This document shows positions 17,933 through 24,881 of a DNA stretch of 64,000 bases, one piece after another; within the stretch, counting starts at the first letter, position 1; every line of letters starts with the position of its first letter. The stretch is from a virus: the IMG/VR virus record IMGVR_UViG_3300027749_000038. The stretch is one strand, 5' to 3'. The position numbers were made by a program, and so were the translations under genes. The notes beneath the pieces are model-generated. The model did not search any database. It saw only the letters and a list, made by a program, of their open reading frames with translations, and was not told the origin of the DNA.

Positions 17933-18169
17933 ATGAGCAATACGATTACTCAAGCAGACCTCTACAACGACTACCTCACCGCCTTTCGAGCCTTGCACCC
18001 TTGTGACGCCAGAGACCTGAGACGCTGTGCCAGGATAGAGCTTCTGAGTCGCGGGGACCGAGAGATTAATTCTGGTGACGTAGACAACCTGGTGTATACC
18101 TGGTTCAAACTATACGAAAGCTTCAGCCAGGAAGTGATCGACGGACTCCGAGACTATTACCTCGACTAA
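17933..18169 (+). CDS. early hypothetical protein
   Basis: Promoter copy at 17897. Confidence 0.75.
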   Translation: MSNTITQADLYNDYLTAFRALHPCDARDLRRCARIELLSRGDREINSGDVDNLVYTWFKLYESFSQEVIDGLRDYYLD

Positions 18170-18241
18170 AGACTTTAGTCGGGGTAAATTACCTCGACTA
18201 AGGTGTTGAGGTTCCCCAGTACATCCTTTAATATCTTAACA

Positions 18242-18538
18242 ATGAAAGACACCATGACCACAAAAGCAACCATCATCGAATCCGTCAAGACTGCAATTGC
18301 CACAGCAACGACCAACCTTATCAACTTCAGTAATGGAGGCATGTTGGTTGATGAAGAACTCGATATGGCTGTACATGCCTTTGTTGTTAATGGAGTTCTC
18401 TTCTCTACAGGATGGGCTGATACTACTCACTACAGCTTCCTGCAGAATGATGGCCCTCTAACTTGCGATGATGCTAAATTACTTCTCTGGTGGTTAGAAC
18501 AGAAAGATACTTGGATAAACAAGATTGGTTGCAACTAG
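18242..18538 (+). CDS. early hypothetical protein
   Basis: Promoter copy at 18206. Confidence 0.75.
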   Translation: MKDTMTTKATIIESVKTAIATATTNLINFSNGGMLVDEELDMAVHAFVVNGVLFSTGWADTTHYSFLQNDGPLTCDDAKLLLWWLEQKDTWINKIGCN

Positions 18539-18595
18539 GACCCCAAGCTCCTCCTCTGGTGGCTCGAACAGGGTGACACCAAGATCAACAAGTAG
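18539..18595 (+). pseudogene. orphan 3' relic DPKLLLWWLEQGDTKINK* duplicating the upstream gene's C-terminus
   Basis: Matches DAKLLLWWLEQKDTWINK of 18242..18538 but uses GC3-rich codons; no start codon. Confidence 0.75.
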
Positions 18596-18633
18596 TCCTT
18601 GCAGTTCCCCACTTAGTCCTCTAATATTATTAC

Positions 18634-18945
18634 ATGATGAAGAACACCAAGAAAGAGTTAGTCAAGGTCAGCAGCCAGTTCCGCCTCTTAGCTCGGCATG
18701 CAGGCTGTGTAGAGATCATTGAGGAACGCTATGCCAACCCTAGCAAGCCTAACCTCACCAAGCTCTGGGTCGTGAATGGGGTCCATGAGTTCAAGCAACA
18801 AGGGCATGCTCGCACCTATATGCGTATGCTGGCAGACAGGGTCGGTGGGGATCAGAAACTTACTGACGAGACCTACAAGGCAGCTTGGGATAATGTCATT
18901 CCCACCTACACCCCAGAAGCTAAGGCAGCAGCCATTCTGGGTTGA
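18634..18945 (+). CDS. early hypothetical protein
   Basis: Promoter copy at 18599. Confidence 0.8.
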   Translation: MMKNTKKELVKVSSQFRLLARHAGCVEIIEERYANPSKPNLTKLWVVNGVHEFKQQGHARTYMRMLADRVGGDQKLTDETYKAAWDNVIPTYTPEAKAAAILG

Positions 18946-18979
18946 GCTTCCCCACATCCTCAGCTAATATAGATACAAG

Positions 18980-19237
18980 ATGAAGAACACATACACCCGA
19001 GTCCTCAGCACGAAGCAAGTCAACGTCCTCGCCAAGGAAGCCAAGCGCGTCCAGTACATCGTCAATAAGGTCCGCGTCTTCCACGCCTCTTCGGTGGATG
19101 CCATCACGGTGCTTGACAATGAGGACAATGCCCTGGTGTTCAAAGCCCTCCGCGCGAACAGAGACACCTGGATAGTGACCTTCTCGAAGACCTACTGGCA
19201 GAGTCCAGAGGACGCCGTACTTGCCCAGGGCATCTAA
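18980..19237 (+). CDS. early hypothetical protein
   Basis: Promoter copy at 18942. Confidence 0.8.
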   Translation: MKNTYTRVLSTKQVNVLAKEAKRVQYIVNKVRVFHASSVDAITVLDNEDNALVFKALRANRDTWIVTFSKTYWQSPEDAVLAQGI

Positions 19238-19279
19238 GTAGTCCGTGAGCTTCCCCATTACCTAAGCTAAGATATAAAC

Positions 19280-19498
19280 ATGATGAAGAACAAATACATC
19301 CAGTCCGAAGCAGCCCAGTCCCACGCCGCAGAGATCCTCAAAGGAGGACATGTCTCAGTGGCTGAGGCAGTCCAGATCATCCTCCAATACATCTCCACCT
19401 GCCGTGGCCGAGCGAACCACGCCGACGGAGTCTCCTACATGGAGGCCGTGCTCGAGCTAGTGTGTCAGGCCTGTGAGCCAGAGCAGGTGGTCCTCTAA
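19280..19498 (+). CDS. early hypothetical protein
   Basis: Promoter copy at 19245. Confidence 0.75.
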   Translation: MMKNKYIQSEAAQSHAAEILKGGHVSVAEAVQIILQYISTCRGRANHADGVSYMEAVLELVCQACEPEQVVL

Positions 19499-19540
19499 GT
19501 AGGCCTTGCGGTTCCCCATCTCCTCTGCTACTATTATTAC

Positions 19541-19798
19541 ATGATGAAGAACGACATGAACCACACCACCGCTGAAGACCATACCACCCCAATCGTCGGC
19601 GCCTCCTACCTCTGGCAGGGCATGCCCTGTGCAGTCCTGGAGACGAGGCCTAGTGAGCTCCGCACCTACACGTGGGATGTGAAGGTGGAGTACTTCAGCA
19701 AGGCCGACAAGTGCTACCTCTCTCTTTGGACTCCGTGGCTTCCAGGATGCTTCCTCCTGACCTTCAAGCCTGGTGGTCAGCTGACCCGAGTAGCGTAG
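19541..19798 (+). CDS. early hypothetical protein (last of the array)
   Basis: Promoter copy at 19506. Confidence 0.75.
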   Translation: MMKNDMNHTTAEDHTTPIVGASYLWQGMPCAVLETRPSELRTYTWDVKVEYFSKADKCYLSLWTPWLPGCFLLTFKPGGQLTRVA

Positions 19799-19810
19799 GC
19801 GGTGAGTCAA

Positions 19811-20072
19811 GCCCCAGGGGCGGAGAGGGACCTCTGGGGCGTTAGAGAGGCGCGGCAATTTTTTACACCGTGGTATGAAAGGACCCCGGTGTTTTGGAAA
19901 CACCCTATAGCTGGGGAAGGCGGCTGGGTGGGGTAGGGACTATTCGGGTACCTAGTCCATATCCCTCCTATACCGCTCTATTAGCTAGTGGGTACCCCCT
20001 ATGGCCTTTCAACGGAGACGGCTTGCGAAAAGGCTAAAAGCATCCGGTCCGCGGGGTACCCACTTTCATATC
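19811..20072 (+). ncRNA. candidate structured RNA (hairpin plus multi-branched domain)
   Basis: Stems 19811-20/19831-40, 19872-81/20063-72, 19888-94/19898-904, 19920-19976 and 19989-98/20053-62; G.U pairs all fit the + strand. Confidence 0.5.
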
Positions 20073-20097
20073 TTACCTTCCCCGGATAAATATCTCC

Positions 20098-20376
20098 ATG
20101 GTATTTTACGAAGAAGGTTCCTATGAAAGATTGCGCGCTGATGCTAGAGAGACTGTTAAGAATCTCCGAAGAGAGGCGGATAGTTATATAGCTCGTATAT
20201 TATCTTTACAAAATTTACTGGCGGAGGTGATGACTCGTAATGCTGATTTAGAATTAGAGAATGAACATCTTAAGGATTTTATTACCGAAAGAGATAAAGA
20301 ATCTAATTTGGTAAGTGAATCTATGATGCCAGTTCTTCAAGAAATAGTGGAAAGAAAGAATAAGAAATCTAAGTAA
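20098..20376 (+). CDS. late coiled-coil protein
   Basis: ATAAATA 5 nt before ATG; heptad pattern. Confidence 0.75.
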   Translation: MVFYEEGSYERLRADARETVKNLRREADSYIARILSLQNLLAEVMTRNADLELENEHLKDFITERDKESNLVSESMMPVLQEIVERKNKKSK

Positions 20377-20381
20377 GGAAT

Positions 20382-21416
20382 ATGATTTCGTTTAAGGCTT
20401 TTTATCGGGTGAATGCTATTCTCAATGAAGGGGGGCTTGCTTCTACTCTGACTCAACAGACTGTTATTAATCCTAGGACTATTGCGATAGTGAAACCTAA
20501 GATAGAGAGTTTGATGGCTCAGTATAATGAATATGCCAGAACGAAGAACTTGCCACCAGCTAAGTTTGGAGCCTTTCTAGGAAGCACGGCTCACTATCAA
20601 GCAGATGAAGCCGATCCTAATACTCAGAAGAATGTCTACGGAGATATAGACATACAAATAGAGGTTCCTCCTTATGAAGAGACTCCTCTAAAGAACCAAA
20701 GCCAATGGTACAAAGTATTCGGACAATTTATCCAAGAGGTTCAACCAGAAGGCATTGCTCCAGACTCTCCAGAAGGGCATCCTATCATTAACATAGGAGG
20801 AGATAATTGGGTCCAGGTAGACTTCATAATTCATCAAAGCCATCTATTAGAATGGGGTAGGTACAGAGCTACTCCAGAACGAGGTCTCAAAGGAATGTTA
20901 TATGGAAATCTGATTTCTGTTTTAGGAGACTGTTTAAATCTCAGTATTCAACACAACGGAGTCCAACTCAAAGTAAAGGAAGGAAAGAGACAACCCTTTG
21001 CTTCCGCCAGAGGACAATTTGAATTGCATACGGTTTCCACCAATCCTCGAACCTTTATCTTAGATATTCTCAAGTATGAAGCAGGTACAGACGCCATGGT
21101 AGCCACAGCCGATCCTTTACTCAAAGCCAATCCAGGAATTAATACTGAAGACGTTAAAGCAGAATATCTAATAAAAGGAATCAAAGGTTTAGTAAAGAGT
21201 TTCGATCGAAACGGAATGTTAGGCAAAGGAAACCTATCGGAATATCAAACTCCTGAAGACTTCCTTAATAAATTTTGGGAACTCTATACAGATAAGATAG
21301 ACGTTACTCTTAATGCTACTAAATGGGATAAAGCTCCAGCAGAAAAGGTAGCTCAGGCTCATGCCAAGATCAAAGGAGATCTGGCTAAGGTTAAAAAGAT
21401 TTTTCAATCTATTTAA
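20382..21416 (+). CDS. Pol-beta-superfamily nucleotidyltransferase-like protein with CTS-like leader
   Basis: GST...GDIDI and VQVDF motifs; MISFKAF...ILNE|GG leader. Confidence 0.7.
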   Translation: MISFKAFYRVNAILNEGGLASTLTQQTVINPRTIAIVKPKIESLMAQYNEYARTKNLPPAKFGAFLGSTAHYQADEADPNTQKNVYGDIDIQIEVPPYEETPLKNQSQWYKVFGQFIQEVQPEGIAPDSPEGHPIINIGGDNWVQVDFIIHQSHLLEWGRYRATPERGLKGMLYGNLISVLGDCLNLSIQHNGVQLKVKEGKRQPFASARGQFELHTVSTNPRTFILDILKYEAGTDAMVATADPLLKANPGINTEDVKAEYLIKGIKGLVKSFDRNGMLGKGNLSEYQTPEDFLNKFWELYTDKIDVTLNATKWDKAPAEKVAQAHAKIKGDLAKVKKIFQSI

Positions 21417-21461
21417 AGATTTTACTAGCCAGAAAGTCCGAACCCTCCTATAATAGGAAAC

Positions 21462-21680
21462 ATGAACACGGACCCTTCAGAATATACAGAATTTCTCCTA
21501 GTAAAGGCAGTACAGTTGCTCCTAGACGATCCTAATGGCATCTCAGATGCAGCTTATGAATTTCTCATGAATTTCATCTATAATGCCTATCCGAAGAGCA
21601 AAGCCCTGGAATACCTAGCAGCTACCCAAAGCTTTAAAGGACGTAAATTCCTAGATGAAGATTTTGAACTTTCCGAATAA
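21462..21680 (+). CDS. hypothetical protein
   Basis: TATAAT 7 nt before ATG. Confidence 0.7.
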   Translation: MNTDPSEYTEFLLVKAVQLLLDDPNGISDAAYEFLMNFIYNAYPKSKALEYLAATQSFKGRKFLDEDFELSE

Positions 21681-21705
21681 TCTCCCCGAACAAAAAACAA
21701 AACAT

Positions 21706-22437
21706 ATGACAAAGAAAACAACCATCGTAGCCAGCCTATTGGCTTTGGCATTCACCACCGTAGCCCCAGCAGCAGATTCCAGGCTTTCTGGATCTCTAGA
21801 AACCAAGGTAGTCTCTAAGCAAGACTATTCTGAAGGGACTCCGGTATCCAATCAAACCACTTACGTTCCAAGACTTTCCTTAAAGTATTCCCTTTTTGAC
21901 GGAGGCTCTTTGTTCCTGAACGCCGCTCAAGAGATCGGAACTAAAGATTCTACTTGGTATCGAGCCAGGTTTCATACCGGAGCCATTCTAACCGTTGGTC
22001 GCTTGACCTTGGTTCCAGGTTACCGTTATGTGACCTTTCCAGACGGCGGCGGACAGAATGCGCAGAGTGTTACCTTGCGGGCGACATTTAATGACGTGGG
22101 CCTGTGGGCAGTGGCTTTGCATCCATATGTCGTTACCGAGCAGTTCACCGATCCAAAGTCGGGGGCCTGGTACGAAACCGGGGTCGTGCCCGGATATAGT
22201 TACGGAAAGCTTCGAGCCGATGTACCCTTGTCCGCAGGAATTAGGTCTGGTAATTATCAGGTTACTAACCTAGAACAGAGGTATGCTTATCTAGGAGCCG
22301 GAGTAACTCTGAGTTATCCTTTGACCGATCGATTGTCGGTTAAAGCCGGAAGTACCTATTACACTACTAATTGTCAAGCCAAAGACGTTGGTACTGGACA
22401 ATGGGTCAACCAGGCTAGTTTAGCAGTTTCTTTCTAA
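21706..22437 (+). CDS. outer-membrane beta-barrel protein with signal peptide
   Basis: MTKKTTIVASLLALAFTTVAPA|AD signal; alternating amphipathic strands; C-terminal ...SLAVSF beta-signal. Confidence 0.8.
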   Translation: MTKKTTIVASLLALAFTTVAPAADSRLSGSLETKVVSKQDYSEGTPVSNQTTYVPRLSLKYSLFDGGSLFLNAAQEIGTKDSTWYRARFHTGAILTVGRLTLVPGYRYVTFPDGGGQNAQSVTLRATFNDVGLWAVALHPYVVTEQFTDPKSGAWYETGVVPGYSYGKLRADVPLSAGIRSGNYQVTNLEQRYAYLGAGVTLSYPLTDRLSVKAGSTYYTTNCQAKDVGTGQWVNQASLAVSF

Positions 22438-22454
22438 AGGAATAAATTCAAAAC

Positions 22455-22490
22455 AAAAAATGCCTTTCTTGAAAAAGAAAGGCATTTTTT
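22455..22490 (+). terminator. intrinsic (likely bidirectional) terminator
   Basis: aaaaaatgcctttctt-gaaa-aagaaaggcatttttt. Confidence 0.85.
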
Positions 22491-22757
22491 ATTGCCTAAA
22501 AAGGGTAAATATTGAAGTATATGAAAACCGCTATCCACTGCTACGGGATTGTTCTAGGTTTGTTGGAAAAGATTCAACAGCTCTTTGTTTTTAAGCAGAG
22601 AGAAGATTTGAACCTTTTCGGAGGAACCTTAAACGACTTCTCCGAAAATTCCAAAAAACCAAACAACAATTATCCAGTTAAAATCCCAAGACTCGGACGA
22701 TAGACAATTTTTATATCTTATAAGGAATAGTTAGCTAAATCCTTATAAGTATATTAT

Positions 22758-23069
22758 ATGTCTTTCAATGTTTATATAGCCAGTGCTTATGCTGTCATAT
22801 GTGCTATAAGCGCTTGGGTGACCTTATCCGTAAGAAGTAAGACCTTACCAAGTTGGTCTACTTTGTTTAGTAGTGTGGTTAGTATGATGATTTGGTCTTT
22901 AGCGGTTAAGAGATCCACTTTGTCCTTAGTACAATTAAGTGCCCTTTTTGACGTGGTAGGATGCTTAGCTTATTTCACCGGATATGTCTTATGCGGAGAA
23001 AGTGTTACCTCCATTCAATGGGTTGGAATATTTTTAATGATCTTTGCGATCTATTTAATCAATTCCTAA
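22758..23069 (+). CDS. 4-TM SMR/EamA-like membrane protein
   Basis: ~100 aa, four hydrophobic helices, GESVTSIQWVGIFLMIFAI. Confidence 0.7.
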   Translation: MSFNVYIASAYAVICAISAWVTLSVRSKTLPSWSTLFSSVVSMMIWSLAVKRSTLSLVQLSALFDVVGCLAYFTGYVLCGESVTSIQWVGIFLMIFAIYLINS

Positions 23070-23333
23070 AAGTAAAATATCTTCTTCTACCTCGTCTATC
23101 AAGTCCTCTGCCTTCTCCATGCCATGAGTGTTTGCATGGATTATTGGTTGTCCATCTGGTAATAGATAAATAGCACTTATAGTAACCTGTTGCTCATCAT
23201 TCTCTTCTATATAAGTTTGGAGTTTTTCACAAAACTTAAACAATAGAGGACCCCATTCTTCTTTGGCTTTAAAATGTTCTAACCTAGAAAATAATTTAGG
23301 ATAGTTTTCTTTTAATTTAAATTCTAAAGACAT
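23055..23333 (-). CDS. hypothetical protein (LKENYPKLF motif)
   Basis: 92-aa ORF. Confidence 0.7.
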   Translation of the reverse strand: MSLEFKLKENYPKLFSRLEHFKAKEEWGPLLFKFCEKLQTYIEENDEQQVTISAIYLLPDGQPIIHANTHGMEKAEDLIDEVEEDILLLGID

Positions 23334-23374
23334 TATTTTATAATAACACTATAGAACCTACAGTCAAGAAAAGA

Positions 23375-23608
23375 TTACTCTTTTAGATTACAGGTAGCAG
23401 CAGACAATAAAAGAAGCTTATATACTTTGATAGTATCTTCTATCAAAATACCACTAAGCAATTCCTCCACATTGTTTTCCTTTATTATCTCTCTGGCATG
23501 ATTTAATAATTCTTGATTATCTGGAGTTTTTTTGTGAATGTATTGATAGTCTTCTATTAAAACCTCTCTTGTTTCTAGAATTAGGTTCAAAGTATCTTTA
23601 ATGGTCAT
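23375..23608 (-). CDS. hypothetical protein
   Basis: 77-aa ORF. Confidence 0.55.
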   Translation of the reverse strand: MTIKDTLNLILETREVLIEDYQYIHKKTPDNQELLNHAREIIKENNVEELLSGILIEDTIKVYKLLLLSAATCNLKE

Positions 23609-23669
23609 AAGTCTATGTTATTTACCGTCTATATCAAAACTCTTAACTTTTTTGAGGATAAGTATAATC

Positions 23670-23942
23670 ATGATGAAATGTAATTTTACAAATTGTAGAA
23701 ATGCTAAATTATTTTTATATATAGCAACTGCTTCTTTGGCTTCTTTAACAGCTGATTTAAACCACTATATACATCCATCTGCTCCTTCTTCTACGGTGCC
23801 TTATTATACTTTTGTTACTTGGGTTATTATTATACTTAATTTTGTGTTGCAAGGGTTAGTAGCTTGGAGAGCCTTTATCGATGACTCCAGTCATATTGGA
23901 AATTCAAACAACCACGAGCCCAAGACAGAAATTTTAAAATAA
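23670..23942 (+). CDS. late 2-TM membrane protein (holin-like)
   Basis: ATAAGTA 5 nt before ATG; two hydrophobic segments; QGLVAWRAFID. Confidence 0.65.
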   Translation: MMKCNFTNCRNAKLFLYIATASLASLTADLNHYIHPSAPSSTVPYYTFVTWVIIILNFVLQGLVAWRAFIDDSSHIGNSNNHEPKTEILK

Positions 23943-23980
23943 ATCTGGAAATCCCCATTACAAAGAACTATAATGGGGAT

Positions 23981-24316
23981 ATGACAAAAAATGTTGAATC
24001 GCTGGCTCAGCTAGTAAAGGGTACTAATATTAAAGTGGTCGTAGATGATCCGGAATGGCAAACTTTGAGGCTTTGGTTTAAAGGCAAATGGGCTTCTATG
24101 GGTCCGGAATGTTCCAACCGGCTTCGACAATATTTTGAAGTAGATAAAACCAATCCCTGGAGAGTGCGTCGGGTTTTAAATTATGTTACCTGTTCTGGTT
24201 TTAGAACTGGAGCTATTAAAGAGCCCTCGATAGATTCTTTAAGAGAAGAAGTAAGAAGTCAATGGTCTGAATTGCTGGGAGACAAGGCAACACATCGTTT
24301 AGGTGGTAAATTGTAA
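23981..24316 (+). CDS. hypothetical protein
   Basis: Variant early promoter TGGAAA-17 bp-TATAAT-6 nt-ATG. Confidence 0.75.
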   Translation: MTKNVESLAQLVKGTNIKVVVDDPEWQTLRLWFKGKWASMGPECSNRLRQYFEVDKTNPWRVRRVLNYVTCSGFRTGAIKEPSIDSLREEVRSQWSELLGDKATHRLGGKL

Positions 24317-24380
24317 TAGTGAATTTATTAACTTTGCCGGGTTGACATAAGAACATGCTGAATAATTACTCTTTAAGAGT

Positions 24381-24812
24381 ATGAGCATTTCCTTTTTAGA
24401 CGACATTTCATTAACCGGGAGTTTATCAGCTACCGGCAACCTAACCACAGTAACCGATGTATCCGGAACCGTTATTTATGCTCACGATGGCAATAGTAAC
24501 CTATGGAGTTCGGTTTATTCTACAGTTTTAGCTAATTCCGCAACAACCTGGACCGGTGGTACGACTGGTGGCGGTTCTTTAAATATTAAGTTTGTTGGAT
24601 ATGTCGGAAATAATACCGACATATTATATCCAGTAACTCACTCTTTAAATTCAGAAGACGTGGTTGTAAGTGTATATGATGTTACCTCTAAGGCTATGGT
24701 AATTGTAGGAGTAGAAATACTGGATGTAGATAATATACAAATAGAATTTGCCCACCCTCCTGGTGAATTGAGCCCTGGACAAGGTTCTTATAAAGTGGTG
24801 GTGATTGGATAA
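24381..24812 (+). CDS. virion structural/fibre-associated protein
   Basis: VTHSLNSEDVVVSVYD domain shared with the C-termini of the collagen fibres. Confidence 0.7.
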   Translation: MSISFLDDISLTGSLSATGNLTTVTDVSGTVIYAHDGNSNLWSSVYSTVLANSATTWTGGTTGGGSLNIKFVGYVGNNTDILYPVTHSLNSEDVVVSVYDVTSKAMVIVGVEILDVDNIQIEFAHPPGELSPGQGSYKVVVIG

Positions 24813-24881
24813 TTTTCAAAAAAAATATTAATTTTTACCTCAATTCTTAGAATAAAATTGGATAAGTATTGGTTATAAGTT

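Larger units (their letters stand above)
1615..19543 (+). promoter_or_regulatory. array of 26 near-repeated sigma70-type early promoters with ATG at or near the predicted +1 (leaderless)
   Basis: -35 hexamer starts at 1615, 2468, 3058, 4003, 4509, 5560, 6033, 6302, 6556, 8070, 8836, 13663, 13947, 14613, 16147, 16362, 16791, 17015, 17245, 17470, 17897, 18206, 18599, 18942, 19245, 19506. Each has a 17-bp spacer mostly starting TTCCC(C), a TAAGAT/TAATAT/TATGAT/TACTAT/CATAAT-type -10, then ATG 6-9 nt later. Confidence 0.9.

Noticed and set aside
1615-19543. Repeats separated by unique sequence as a CRISPR array
   Set aside because: The repeats are degenerate promoters, the intervals are full ORFs of 150-900 bp or more, and there are no cas1/cas2 genes
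16307-19903. Minus-strand ORFs in the GC-rich block (e.g. 16553..16987, 17223..17753, 19457..19903)
   Set aside because: Antisense shadows of promoter-supported + strand genes; stops are scarce at high GC
20030-20062. c-di-GMP-I riboswitch-like words (AAAAGC..CCGGTC..GCGGGGTACC)
   Set aside because: Only partial; the GNRA/receptor P1 architecture is not matched by eye, so it needs cmscan
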